A DNA stretch of 64,000 nucleotides from Escherichia coli (GTDB taxonomy: Bacteria > Pseudomonadota > Gammaproteobacteria > Enterobacterales > Enterobacteriaceae). The translations under genes were made by a program, and so were the position numbers. Where the stretch lies: the NCBI RefSeq assembly GCF_013122565.1, contig NZ_CP053258.1; one strand, written 5' to 3'. Below are positions 36,536 through 49,874 of the stretch, piece after piece. Within the stretch, counting starts at the first letter, position 1; the number at the start of each line of letters is the position of its first letter. The notes under the pieces are model-generated. The model was not told the DNA's origin. It made no database searches and worked only from the letters and a program-made list of their open reading frames with translations.

Positions 36536-37837
36536 ATGGCGCAATTCTACTCTGCAAAACGACGCACGACGACGCGTCAGATCATAACCGTTTCAGTCAA
36601 CGACCTCGACTCTTTTGGTCAGGGCGTGGCGCGACATAACGGCAAAACGCTATTTATCCCCGGATTATTACCGCAGGAAAACGCGGAAGTTACTGTTACT
36701 GAAGATAAAAAACAGTATGCCCGCGCTAAAGTCGTACGCCGGTTAAGCGATAACCCGGAACGCGAAACGCCACGCTGTCCTCATTTTGGCGTATGCGGCG
36801 GCTGTCAGCAACAACACGCCAGCGTGGATTTACAGCAGCGAAGCAAAAGTGCGGCACTCGCCCGATTAATGAAACACGAAGTCTCTGAAGTGATCGCCGA
36901 TGTTCCCTGGGGCTATCGCCGTCGCGCGCGTTTAAGTCTGAATTACTTACCGAAAACACAGCAACTTCAGATGGGGTTTCGCAAAGCGGGCTCCAGTGAC
37001 ATTGTCGACGTTAAACAATGCCCCATTTTAGTGCCCCAACTTGAAGCATTGCTGCCCAAAGTCAGGGCATGCCTGGGCAGCTTACAAGCTATGCGCCATC
37101 TTGGTCATGTTGAACTGGTACAGGCAACCAGCGGCACGCTGATGATTTTGCGCCATACCGCACCGCTAAGTTCGGCAGATCGCGAAAAACTGGAACGCTT
37201 TTCGCATTCTGAAGGCCTGGATCTGTATCTCGCCCCCGATAGTGAGATACTCGAAACCGTCTCTGGTGAGATGCCCTGGTATGACTCAAACGGGTTGCGC
37301 TTAACTTTTAGCCCGCGCGATTTTATTCAGGTCAATGCGGGTGTGAACCAAAAAATGGTAGCGCGTGCGTTGGAATGGCTGGATGTGCAACCTGAAGATC
37401 GCGTACTGGATCTGTTCTGCGGTATGGGCAACTTTACACTGCCATTGGCGACACAAGCTGCCAGTGTGGTCGGTGTAGAAGGTGTTCCGGCGCTGGTGGA
37501 AAAAGGCCAGCAGAATGCGCGTCTTAATGGCTTACAGAATGTGACGTTTTATCACGAAAATCTTGAAGAAGATGTCACAAAGCAGCCGTGGGCGAAAAAC
37601 GGCTTCGATAAAGTGTTGCTGGACCCTGCGCGAGCAGGTGCCGCAGGTGTTATGCAGCAAATTATAAAACTGGAACCTATTCGTATAGTTTATGTATCCT
37701 GTAACCCTGCAACGCTGGCTCGGGATAGCGAAGCGTTATTAAAAGCAGGATATACCATTGCGCGACTGGCGATGCTGGATATGTTCCCACACACGGGACA
37801 TCTGGAATCGATGGTACTTTTCTCGCGCGTTAAATAG
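36536..37837 (+). CDS. rlmD: 23S rRNA m5U1939 methyltransferase RlmD (RumA)
   Basis: 433 aa, TRAM domain and Fe-S Cys cluster. Confidence 0.93.
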   Translation: MAQFYSAKRRTTTRQIITVSVNDLDSFGQGVARHNGKTLFIPGLLPQENAEVTVTEDKKQYARAKVVRRLSDNPERETPRCPHFGVCGGCQQQHASVDLQQRSKSAALARLMKHEVSEVIADVPWGYRRRARLSLNYLPKTQQLQMGFRKAGSSDIVDVKQCPILVPQLEALLPKVRACLGSLQAMRHLGHVELVQATSGTLMILRHTAPLSSADREKLERFSHSEGLDLYLAPDSEILETVSGEMPWYDSNGLRLTFSPRDFIQVNAGVNQKMVARALEWLDVQPEDRVLDLFCGMGNFTLPLATQAASVVGVEGVPALVEKGQQNARLNGLQNVTFYHENLEEDVTKQPWAKNGFDKVLLDPARAGAAGVMQQIIKLEPIRIVYVSCNPATLARDSEALLKAGYTIARLAMLDMFPHTGHLESMVLFSRVK

Positions 37838-37884
37838 TTGCGATTTGCCGATTTCGGCAGGTCTGGTCCCTAAAGGAGAGGACG

Positions 37885-40119
37885 ATGGTTGCGGTAAGAA
37901 GTGCACATATCAATAAGGCTGGTGAATTTGATCCGGAAAAATGGATCGCAAGTCTGGGTATTACCAGCCAGAAGTCGTGTGAGTGCTTAGCCGAAACCTG
38001 GGCGTATTGTCTGCAACAGACGCAGGGGCATCCGGATGCCAGTCTGTTATTGTGGCGTGGTGTTGAGATGGTGGAGATCCTCTCGACATTAAGTATGGAC
38101 ATTGACACGCTGCGGGCGGCGCTGCTTTTCCCTCTGGCGGATGCCAACGTAGTCAGCGAAGATGTGCTGCGTGAGAGCGTCGGTAAGTCGGTCGTTAACC
38201 TTATTCACGGCGTGCGTGATATGGCGGCGATCCGCCAGCTGAAAGCGACGCACACTGATTCTGTTTCCTCCGAACAGGTCGATAACGTTCGCCGGATGTT
38301 ATTGGCGATGGTCGATGATTTTCGCTGCGTGGTCATCAAACTGGCGGAGCGTATTGCTCATCTGCGTGAAGTAAAAGATGCGCCGGAAGATGAACGCGTA
38401 CTGGCGGCAAAAGAGTGCACCAATATCTACGCGCCGTTGGCAAACCGTCTTGGGATTGGGCAACTGAAATGGGAGCTGGAAGATTACTGCTTCCGTTATC
38501 TCCACCCGACCGAATACAAACGCATCGCAAAACTGTTGCATGAACGCCGTCTCGACCGCGAACACTATATCGAAGAGTTTGTCGGTCATCTGCGCGCTGA
38601 GATGAAAGCTGAAGGCGTTAAAGCTGAAGTGTATGGTCGTCCGAAACACATCTACAGCATCTGGCGCAAAATGCAGAAAAAGAACCTCGCCTTCGATGAG
38701 CTGTTTGATGTGCGTGCGGTACGTATTGTCGCCGAGCGTTTACAGGATTGTTATGCCGCACTGGGGATAGTGCACACTCACTATCGCCACCTGCCGGATG
38801 AGTTTGACGATTATGTCGCTAACCCGAAACCAAACGGTTATCAGTCTATTCATACCGTGGTTCTGGGGCCGGGTGGAAAAACCGTTGAGATCCAAATCCG
38901 CACCAAACAGATGCATGAAGATGCAGAGTTGGGTGTTGCTGCGCACTGGAAATATAAAGAGGGCGCGGCAGCTGGCGGCGCACGTTCGGGACATGAAGAC
39001 CGGATTGCCTGGCTGCGTAAACTGATTGCGTGGCAGGAAGAGATGGCTGATTCCGGCGAAATGCTCGACGAAGTACGTAGTCAGGTCTTTGACGACCGGG
39101 TGTACGTCTTTACGCCGAAAGGTGATGTCGTTGATTTGCCTGCGGGATCAACGCCGCTGGACTTCGCTTACCACATCCACAGTGATGTCGGACACCGCTG
39201 CATCGGGGCAAAAATTGGCGGGCGCATTGTGCCGTTCACCTACCAGCTGCAGATGGGCGACCAGATTGAAATTATCACCCAGAAACAGCCGAACCCCAGC
39301 CGTGACTGGTTAAACCCAAACCTCGGTTACGTCACAACCAGCCGTGGGCGTTCGAAAATTCACGCCTGGTTCCGTAAACAGGACCGTGACAAAAACATTC
39401 TGGCTGGGCGGCAAATCCTTGACGACGAGCTGGAACATCTGGGGATCAGCCTGAAAGAAGCAGAAAAACATCTGCTGCCGCGTTACAACTTCAATGATGT
39501 CGACGAGTTGCTGGCGGCGATTGGTGGAGGGGATATCCGTCTCAATCAGATGGTAAACTTCCTGCAATCGCAATTTAATAAGCCGAGTGCCGAAGAGCAG
39601 GACGCCGCCGCGCTGAAGCAACTTCAGCAAAAAAGCTACACGCCGCAAAACCGCAGTAAAGATAACGGTCGTGTGGTGGTTGAAGGTGTCGGTAACCTGA
39701 TGCACCACATCGCGCGCTGCTGCCAGCCGATTCCTGGAGATGAGATTGTCGGCTTCATTACCCAGGGACGCGGTATTTCAGTACACCGCGCCGATTGCGA
39801 ACAACTGGCGGAACTGCGCTCCCATGCGCCAGAACGCATTGTTGACGCGGTATGGGGCGAGAGCTACTCCGCCGGATATTCGCTGGTGGTCCGCGTGGTG
39901 GCTAATGATCGTAGTGGGTTGTTACGTGATATCACGACCATTCTCGCCAATGAGAAAGTGAACGTGCTTGGCGTTGCCAGCCGTAGCGACACCAAACAGC
40001 AACTGGCGACCATCGACATGACCATTGAGATTTACAACCTGCAAGTGCTGGGTCGCGTGCTGGGTAAACTCAACCAGGTGCCGGATGTTATCGACGCGCG
40101 TCGGTTGCACGGGAGTTAG
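37885..40119 (+). CDS. relA: GTP pyrophosphokinase RelA ((p)ppGpp synthetase I)
   Basis: 744 aa. Confidence 0.95.
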   Translation: MVAVRSAHINKAGEFDPEKWIASLGITSQKSCECLAETWAYCLQQTQGHPDASLLLWRGVEMVEILSTLSMDIDTLRAALLFPLADANVVSEDVLRESVGKSVVNLIHGVRDMAAIRQLKATHTDSVSSEQVDNVRRMLLAMVDDFRCVVIKLAERIAHLREVKDAPEDERVLAAKECTNIYAPLANRLGIGQLKWELEDYCFRYLHPTEYKRIAKLLHERRLDREHYIEEFVGHLRAEMKAEGVKAEVYGRPKHIYSIWRKMQKKNLAFDELFDVRAVRIVAERLQDCYAALGIVHTHYRHLPDEFDDYVANPKPNGYQSIHTVVLGPGGKTVEIQIRTKQMHEDAELGVAAHWKYKEGAAAGGARSGHEDRIAWLRKLIAWQEEMADSGEMLDEVRSQVFDDRVYVFTPKGDVVDLPAGSTPLDFAYHIHSDVGHRCIGAKIGGRIVPFTYQLQMGDQIEIITQKQPNPSRDWLNPNLGYVTTSRGRSKIHAWFRKQDRDKNILAGRQILDDELEHLGISLKEAEKHLLPRYNFNDVDELLAAIGGGDIRLNQMVNFLQSQFNKPSAEEQDAAALKQLQQKSYTPQNRSKDNGRVVVEGVGNLMHHIARCCQPIPGDEIVGFITQGRGISVHRADCEQLAELRSHAPERIVDAVWGESYSAGYSLVVRVVANDRSGLLRDITTILANEKVNVLGVASRSDTKQQLATIDMTIEIYNLQVLGRVLGKLNQVPDVIDARRLHGS

Positions 40120-40128
40120 TCTTACATA

Positions 40129-40165
40129 GCTGGATATGGCGTCAGCCGTATCCAGCGATATCTTT
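40129..40165 (+). terminator. Hairpin downstream of relA
   Basis: gctggata-N12-tatccagc followed by a T-rich stretch. Weak terminator or processing structure. Confidence 0.4.
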
Positions 40166-40214
40166 TACTCGAAGGTATTACACCTGACAGATCCGCAATT
40201 TTCAGGACAATTCA

Positions 40215-41006
40215 ATGAATCAAATCGACCGTTTGCTCACCATCATGCAGCGTCTTCGCGACCCGGAAAACGGCTGCCCGTGGGATAAAGAGCAGACATT
40301 TGCAACCATTGCGCCTTACACCCTTGAAGAAACCTACGAAGTGCTGGACGCCATCGCCCGCGAAGACTTTGACGATCTGCGCGGTGAACTCGGCGATCTG
40401 CTGTTCCAGGTGGTGTTTTACGCACAAATGGCCCAGGAAGAAGGGCGCTTTGATTTTAATGATATTTGCGCCGCGATTAGCGATAAATTAGAGCGTCGCC
40501 ATCCGCATGTTTTTGCTGACAGTTCTGCCGGAAACAGCCGCGAAGTTCTCGCCCGTTGGGAGCAAATCAAAACCGAAGAGCGCGCGCAGAAAGCGCAGCA
40601 TTCGGCGCTGGACGATATTCCTCGTAGTTTACCAGCCTTAATGCGTGCGCAAAAAATCCAGAAACGTTGCGCCAACGTTGGCTTCGACTGGACGACGCTT
40701 GGCCCGGTGGTTGATAAAGTCTACGAAGAGATCGATGAGGTGATGTGCGAGGCACGGCAGGCTGTTATCGACCAGGCTAAACTGGAGGAGGAAATGGGGG
40801 ACCTGCTGTTTGCCACGGTCAATCTGGCTCGTCATTTAGGGACAAAAGCGGAAATCGCATTGCAAAAAGCGAACGAAAAATTCGAGCGTCGTTTTCGCGA
40901 AGTGGAGCGTATTGTTGCCGCGCGTGGACTGGAAATGACAGGTGTTGACCTCGAAACAATGGAAGAAGTCTGGCAACAGGTAAAACGGCAGGAAATTGAT
41001 CTCTAA
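40215..41006 (+). CDS. mazG: Nucleoside triphosphate pyrophosphohydrolase MazG
   Basis: 263 aa. Lies 95 bp after relA, with no mazEF between. Confidence 0.93.
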   Translation: MNQIDRLLTIMQRLRDPENGCPWDKEQTFATIAPYTLEETYEVLDAIAREDFDDLRGELGDLLFQVVFYAQMAQEEGRFDFNDICAAISDKLERRHPHVFADSSAGNSREVLARWEQIKTEERAQKAQHSALDDIPRSLPALMRAQKIQKRCANVGFDWTTLGPVVDKVYEEIDEVMCEARQAVIDQAKLEEEMGDLLFATVNLARHLGTKAEIALQKANEKFERRFREVERIVAARGLEMTGVDLETMEEVWQQVKRQEIDL

Positions 41007-41218
41007 GGGAATTACGTGGTCAAGCGCGATTTGTGTCATTTTTTAAATGACAAGCGCTTGATTTGCGTCAAAAACATTTACCCCAAAGGGGCTATTTTCT
41101 CACTCCTGATTTCAATAGTGCGCTGGCGAAGAGGAGGGATAATGAAAGTTTGTGGCACAGGTCATGTTCGGGTATACTGCTTTCCCGTCCTGGTTATTCC
41201 ATCGTCTTTTCAACCTAA

Positions 41219-42871
<1,653 letters not shown>

Positions 42872-42943
42872 GTAAAAAAGTTAGAACGGCAACGCGTACC
42901 CTGGGTACGCGTTGTTTGTCTGGAGTTTCAGTTTAACTAGTGA

Positions 42944-44257
<1,314 letters not shown>

Positions 44258-44281
44258 GTCTGACTTTATCTGATTTAAAAA

Positions 44282-44307
44282 TGCCAGCCTCCGGGCTGGC
44301 ATTTTTT
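44282..44307. terminator. Bidirectional rho-independent terminator between eno and ygcG
   Basis: Hairpin tgccagcc-tccg-ggctggca flanked by an A-run on one side and a T-run on the other. Confidence 0.7.
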
Positions 44308-44316
44308 ATGGTTGAG

Positions 44317-45189
44317 TTACCAGCGGCCAGATGCGCCGCCCCCGCCAGAAGAACCGCCCCCGCCGCTAAACCCGCCGCTATCTGAGCCTCCAGCGGAACC
44401 GCTGTTGTCTGAATGATAACTTCTACCAGATGCTCTTTTCTGAAGTACACATAAACAGGTAAAGACCATAAATATGGTGAAAGTAAAAAAGAAGGAAAAT
44501 ACAGCAATGGAAAAAGTTTTATCGGAGAACAGGAATAAATCTAAAAGATAGATTGCTGAAATACAGACTCCACTTTTACATGCGCGACAAAAATTACTGC
44601 CTTGATGAAAAAACCAGAAAGGGAAGAACATCACTGCAAATACCCAAAAAATAGCAAAGTAATAATGATCACTGGAAGACGCTGATTCACTTTCTGAAGG
44701 ATTAGCCGGATATTGGTGTTGTGAAGTGAGTTGGTTATTCAAAGCGTTTATAGCTAGCTCTAATCCCTGAGCTAATTTTTGTTGTTTAAATGCGGGTATC
44801 ATGTTGCTACGGATGATATCTCCAGCCAGAGCATCGGTTACCTTTTCTTCCAGCCCATAACCTACCTGGATGCGGACAGTACGATCCGACCAGGCAACAA
44901 TGATCAGTATCCCATCATTACGTTTGGCATCTCCTAAACGCCAATTGTCAAAAACTCTTGTAGCATATTGTTCAATTGTCTCGTCTTTGGTTGTGGGAAC
45001 AATTAATACAGCAATTTGCACTTGGGTATTATTGAAAATAGATTCTAACTTGTACGTCAGTTCTTTCTTTTCTTGTGAGTTTAAGCTACTGGTAAGATCC
45101 GTAACTTGTTGCTGTAATGATGGGACAATAGTTGGTTGGGCTGCAACAAAGGAACACACGAATGTGAACATTAGTATGAAATAGCGCAT
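44317..45189 (-). CDS. ygcG: TPM-domain (DUF477) membrane protein YgcG with Gly/Ser-rich C-terminal tail
   Basis: About 290 aa from the internal start [19 protein letters not shown] (signal peptide). Low-complexity C-terminus [19 protein letters not shown]. The 384-aa track ORF carries an implausible 5' extension. Confidence 0.85.
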   Translation of the reverse strand: MRYFILMFTFVCSFVAAQPTIVPSLQQQVTDLTSSLNSQEKKELTYKLESIFNNTQVQIAVLIVPTTKDETIEQYATRVFDNWRLGDAKRNDGILIIVAWSDRTVRIQVGYGLEEKVTDALAGDIIRSNMIPAFKQQKLAQGLELAINALNNQLTSQHQYPANPSESESASSSDHYYFAIFWVFAVMFFPFWFFHQGSNFCRACKSGVCISAIYLLDLFLFSDKTFSIAVFSFFFTFTIFMVFTCLCVLQKRASGRSYHSDNSGSAGGSDSGGFSGGGGSSGGGGASGRW

Positions 45190-45481
45190 TATAAATTTCT
45201 CATTAAATCTGGATAAATAAATTGACGGCGGCATCGGTAATTTGAGATTCGTTATCATTAAAAAAGAATACAGAAAAATAAATATAAATTTGGTGAATGT
45301 TTTTGACATGATTAAATCCATTTTCTTTATTTTCTTCTGACATAATACGTTACTCCCTTTAATTCTTAACGATATGTTTCGCATTTTTCTTGAAACCTGC
45401 CTGTAACAGAATGTTAATAAGACATGATTGTTGTGGCAGGATCTGCAATAATTAACAATTATCCACTTCACAGAGAATGCT

Positions 45482-46153
45482 ATGCAGTACCCGATTAACG
45501 AGATGTTCCAGACCCTGCAAGGTGAGGGTTACTTTACCGGCGTCCCCGCCATTTTTATTCGTTTACAGGGATGCCCGGTTGGCTGTGCCTGGTGCGACAC
45601 CAAACACACCTGGGAAAAGCTTGAGGATCGGGAAGTCTCCCTTTTCAGCATTCTGGCGAAGACCAAAGAGAGTGATAAGTGGGGGGCGGCGAGCAGTGAA
45701 GACTTGCTGGCTGTCATTGGTCGCCAGGGATATACCGCGCGGCATGTGGTGATTACGGGGGGTGAGCCTTGCATTCATGATTTGCTGCCACTGACTGACC
45801 TGCTCGAAAAGAACGGTTTTAGCTGCCAGATCGAAACCAGTGGTACTCATGAAGTACGCTGTACACCGAATACCTGGGTTACCGTATCGCCAAAGCTGAA
45901 CATGCGCGGCGGCTATGAAGTGTTGTCACAGGCACTGGAGCGAGCCAACGAAATCAAGCATCCAGTGGGACGCGTACGTGATATTGAAGCACTGGATGAA
46001 CTTTTGGCGACGCTGACCGATGATAAACCGCGAGTCATTGCACTGCAGCCGATTAGCCAAAAGGATGATGCCACACGTTTGTGCATTGAAACCTGCATTG
46101 CGCGTAATTGGCGTTTGTCGATGCAAACCCATAAATATTTAAATATTGCCTGA
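45482..46153 (+). CDS. queE: 7-carboxy-7-deazaguanine synthase QueE (radical SAM)
   Basis: 223 aa, radical-SAM Cys motif [10 protein letters not shown]. Confidence 0.95.
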   Translation: MQYPINEMFQTLQGEGYFTGVPAIFIRLQGCPVGCAWCDTKHTWEKLEDREVSLFSILAKTKESDKWGAASSEDLLAVIGRQGYTARHVVITGGEPCIHDLLPLTDLLEKNGFSCQIETSGTHEVRCTPNTWVTVSPKLNMRGGYEVLSQALERANEIKHPVGRVRDIEALDELLATLTDDKPRVIALQPISQKDDATRLCIETCIARNWRLSMQTHKYLNIA

Positions 46154-46490
46154 TTAAACATTTATAAGTGTTATAAATGGGTGGAACCTGTAAAGAATTC
46201 CACTCATTTATATTGTTTGTCGCCTCTGAAAACCCCTCTTTTTTGCCCATCCTTGACTAATCATTATCATTCTCTACAAATTCTGTGGCGTTAATTTTTC
46301 GCTGGAGTGAAAATTATTGCGGTAAAGTTTGGTAGATTTTAGTTTGAATAGAGTTATTTTAAATATTTATCTTTTTAATCAATGGATTAAGTGCTCTTTA
46401 ACATAATGGATGTGTTGTTTGTGTGATCCTGTAAAGTTGTTAGATTGTGACTGGCTTAAAAAATCATTAATTAATAATAGGTTATGTTTA
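46154..46490 (+). promoter_or_regulatory. AT-rich CRISPR leader for the mini-array
   Basis: About 340 bp of AT-rich sequence immediately 5' of the first repeat. The distal repeat is degenerate, so this is the leader side. Confidence 0.55.
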
Positions 46491-46702
46491 GAGTTCCCCG
46501 CGCCAGCGGGGATAAACCGGCGATTATAGCGGACTTTCAAGAGAACAGTCTGAGTTCCCCGCGCCAGCGGGGATAAACCGTGGAAAATCACCGACAATAT
46601 TCGACATGGAGAGAGTTCCCCGCGCCAGCGAGGATAAACCGTTATCGGTCATCAACTATAGCGCGTATTTACTAAGTTCCCCGTTCCAACACGAATAATC
46701 CG
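46491..46702 (+). CRISPR. Type I-E CRISPR mini-array (CRISPR2-like): 3 intact repeats, 1 degenerate terminal repeat, 3 spacers of 32 bp
   Basis: Repeats gagttccccgcgccagcggggataaaccg at 46491, 46552 and 46613 (third has one mismatch). Degenerate repeat 46674..46702. Phase confirmed by the antisense artefact ORF 46379..46597. Confidence 0.95.
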
Positions 46703-46767
46703 ATAATATCGACGATACCAACCTAATATTATCAAATGTTAAAGGTTCTAATTTAAGAGGAAATTTA

Positions 46768-47031
46768 ATGTCTACGTTAATGGAAAAAGAATCTCTCCTG
46801 AATGGCGTGAGTCAAAATATTGCATTTTTATCAAATGTATCTGAAATGGTTTACAACTCTCAGAATGAAGAGTTGCAGTATGAAATATATGAGCTGGTGA
46901 GTTATAAAGATTATCTATACTCAACAGACCATGAACTTGTTGATTTTCAAGAGGGAGTATTACGATTTCAACAAATTAGAACAAAATACAGGCAAGAGCT
47001 AAAAGAACTCGGTTATCCTGTAGGTAATTAA
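46768..47031 (+). CDS. Hypothetical protein (87 aa, acidic, AT-rich codon usage)
   Basis: Intact ORF with SD aagagg 9 nt upstream. No homolog I recognise. Occupies the position where K-12 has ygcE..ygcN. Confidence 0.5.
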   Translation: MSTLMEKESLLNGVSQNIAFLSNVSEMVYNSQNEELQYEIYELVSYKDYLYSTDHELVDFQEGVLRFQQIRTKYRQELKELGYPVGN

Positions 47032-47393
47032 GAAATATTGTCTTGATGGTGGGGAAACGTAATTTTTTATATTTTAAATATTAGATTAAAACAATAAATT
47101 AATATCATACTTTTATTTTATTCTCGAAAATGCCTAATTTCATTAAATACGTTGTCCTGTAAATGTAAACCGGGCATTTTTCCGCCCGGTCTCCCTCGAT
47201 TACGCTTCTGAGCAGGTCTCGAGCGAATTCACACTCTCCCGTTCAACTTGCATCACCAGTTGGTTAAATTCAGTCAAACTCTCGCTCATAATAATAATGT
47301 CGCAGTCGTCTTCCATGTCATGCCCCAGATATCCAGAACACAACACCCTAACATAGCGTTACTTAAGGGAAATTGACCGCCGACACACTCTTA

Positions 47394-47759
47394 TCATTCG
47401 CCGCGATAGATACAACCTGCGGTGCAGGTTTCTTTCACCATCACTGCACTTAATAGCGGCACAACGGGTTTAACCTGATCCCAAATCCATTTTGCTAAAA
47501 CTTCGCTGGTTGGGTTTTCCAGACCTGGAATATCATTGAGATAATGGTGATCGAGGCGCTCATAAGTTGGCTTAAACGCCGCTTTCAGTTCAGCGAAATC
47601 GATAATCCAGCCCGTATGCGGATCGACTTCCCCGGTAATTTCCAGTCGCACCATAAAGGAATGCCCGTGCAGGCGACCACATTTATGTCCTTCCGGGACG
47701 TGTGGTAAGCGGTGAGCGGCTTCGAAGGTGAAATCTTTAAATAACGTGGTGGACATCAT
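47394..47759 (-). CDS. queD: 6-carboxy-5,6,7,8-tetrahydropterin synthase QueD
   Basis: 121 aa from [20 protein letters not shown]. The track ORF starts 28 codons upstream at a TTG. Confidence 0.93.
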   Translation of the reverse strand: MMSTTLFKDFTFEAAHRLPHVPEGHKCGRLHGHSFMVRLEITGEVDPHTGWIIDFAELKAAFKPTYERLDHHYLNDIPGLENPTSEVLAKWIWDQVKPVVPLLSAVMVKETCTAGCIYRGE

Positions 47760-48074
47760 AATTTCTCTACATGACGATAAAACCGCCGTAGAGTACCGGA
47801 AAGGCTGTTTTTTCGCATTATCTAAAACGACTTTGTTGCGCAAAATCGCTGATTTATCTTAATGATTGGCTAAATTCATTTGTTTTTCATTAGGTTGGTT
47901 AATCTATTTTGTTGTTAAAGACTATTGCTAAAACAGGTTAGTCGATTTGGTTATTAGTTATCGCTATCCCGTCTTTAATCCACACCGTTCACCCCGTTAA
48001 CCTTACCTTCTCTTCTGTTTTATGGGCGCTGACAGGGCGCAGAAACAGCTTTGCTTACTGGAACATAACGACGC

Positions 48075-49874
48075 ATGACGACACAGGTCCCACCTTCCGC
48101 GTTGCTTCCGTTGAACCCGGAGCAACTGGCACGCCTTCAGGCGGCCACGACCGATTTAACTCCCACCCAGCTTGCCTGGGTTTCTGGCTATTTCTGGGGC
48201 GTGCTCAATCAGCAGCCTGCTGCGCTTGCAGCGACGCCAGCGCCAGCCGCAGAAATGCCGGGTATAACTATTATCTCCGCCTCGCAAACTGGCAATGCGC
48301 GCCGGGTTGCTGAAGCATTACGCGATGATTTATTGACGGCAAAACTGAACGTTAAGCTGGTGAACGCGGGCGACTATAAATTCAAACAAATCGCCAGCGA
48401 AAAACTGCTCATCGTAGTGACGTCAACGCAAGGGGAAGGGGAACCGCCGGAAGAAGCCGTCGCGCTGCATAAGTTCCTGTTCTCCAAAAAAGCGCCAAAG
48501 CTGGAAAACACCGCGTTTGCCGTGTTTAGCCTCGGCGATAGCTCTTATGAATTTTTCTGCCAGTCCGGGAAAGATTTCGACAGCAAGCTGGCGGAACTGG
48601 GCGGTGAACGCCTGCTCGACCGTGTCGACGCCGACGTTGAATACCAGGCTGCTGCCAGCGAGTGGCGCGCCCGCGTGGTTGATGCGCTTAAATCGCGTGC
48701 GCCTGTCGCGGCACCTTCGCAATCCGTCTCTACTGGCGCGGTAAATGAAATCCACGCCAGCCCGTACAGCAAAGACGCGCCGCTGGTGGCGAGCCTCTCT
48801 GTTAACCAGAAAATTACCGGGCGTAACTCTGAAAAAGACGTTCGCCATATCGAAATTGACTTAGGTGACTCGGGCCTGCGTTACCAGCCGGGTGACGCGC
48901 TGGGCGTCTGGTATCAGAACGATCCGGCACTGGTGAAAGAACTTGTCGAACTGCTGTGGCTGAAAGGCGATGAACCTGTCACCGTCGAGGGCAAAACGTT
49001 GCCTCTGAACGAAGCGCTACAGTGGCACTTCGAACTGACCGTCAACACCGCCAACATTGTTGAGAATTACGCCACGCTTACCCGCAGTGAAACACTGCTG
49101 CCGCTGGTGGGCGATAAAGCGAAGTTACAGCATTACGCCGCGACCACGCCGATTGTCGACATGGTGCGTTTCTCTCCGGCGCAACTGGATGCCGAAGCGC
49201 TGATTAATCTGCTGCGTCCGCTGACCCCGCGCCTGTATTCCATCGCCTCCTCGCAGGCGGAAGTCGAGAACGAAGTACACGTCACCGTTGGTGTGGTGCG
49301 TTACGACGTGGAAGGCCGCGCCCGTGCCGGTGGTGCCTCCAGCTTCCTCGCGGATCGTGTGGAAGAAGAGGGCGAAGTCCGCGTATTTATCGAACATAAC
49401 GATAACTTCCGTTTGCCTGCTAACCCGGAAACCCCGGTGATTATGATTGGCCCCGGTACCGGCATCGCGCCGTTCCGTGCCTTTATGCAGCAACGCGCCG
49501 CCGACGAAGCGCCGGGTAAAAACTGGCTGTTCTTTGGCAACCCGCACTTTACGGAAGATTTCCTCTACCAGGTGGAGTGGCAGCGCTACGTCAAAGAGGG
49601 CGTGCTGACGCGTATCGATCTTGCCTGGTCGCGCGACCAAAAAGAAAAAGTTTATGTACAAGACAAACTGCGCGAACAGGGCGCGGAGCTGTGGCGCTGG
49701 ATCAATGACGGTGCCCACATTTATGTCTGCGGCGACGCTAATCGCATGGCGAAAGACGTTGAGCAGGCACTTCTGGAAGTGATTGCCGAATTTGGTGGCA
49801 TGGACACCGAAGCGGCGGATGAATTTTTAAGTGAGCTGCGCGTAGAGCGCCGTTATCAGCGAGATGTCTACTAA
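48075..49874 (+). CDS. cysJ: Sulfite reductase [NADPH] flavoprotein alpha subunit
   Basis: 599 aa. Confidence 0.97.
   Translation: MTTQVPPSALLPLNPEQLARLQAATTDLTPTQLAWVSGYFWGVLNQQPAALAATPAPAAEMPGITIISASQTGNARRVAEALRDDLLTAKLNVKLVNAGDYKFKQIASEKLLIVVTSTQGEGEPPEEAVALHKFLFSKKAPKLENTAFAVFSLGDSSYEFFCQSGKDFDSKLAELGGERLLDRVDADVEYQAAASEWRARVVDALKSRAPVAAPSQSVSTGAVNEIHASPYSKDAPLVASLSVNQKITGRNSEKDVRHIEIDLGDSGLRYQPGDALGVWYQNDPALVKELVELLWLKGDEPVTVEGKTLPLNEALQWHFELTVNTANIVENYATLTRSETLLPLVGDKAKLQHYAATTPIVDMVRFSPAQLDAEALINLLRPLTPRLYSIASSQAEVENEVHVTVGVVRYDVEGRARAGGASSFLADRVEEEGEVRVFIEHNDNFRLPANPETPVIMIGPGTGIAPFRAFMQQRAADEAPGKNWLFFGNPHFTEDFLYQVEWQRYVKEGVLTRIDLAWSRDQKEKVYVQDKLREQGAELWRWINDGAHIYVCGDANRMAKDVEQALLEVIAEFGGMDTEAADEFLSELRVERRYQRDVY

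Noticed and set aside
44317-45471. 384-aa version of ygcG, and other 5'-extended track ORFs (cysH from 51507, queD to 47843, xni to 20571, csdA to 8235, gudD from 32127)
   Set aside because: The extensions lack SD sequences, overlap REP elements or promoters, and exceed the known protein lengths. Internal starts with SDs were chosen.
46379-46597. 72-aa minus-strand ORF across the CRISPR2 mini-array
   Set aside because: Same repeat-translation artefact ([19 protein letters not shown]).
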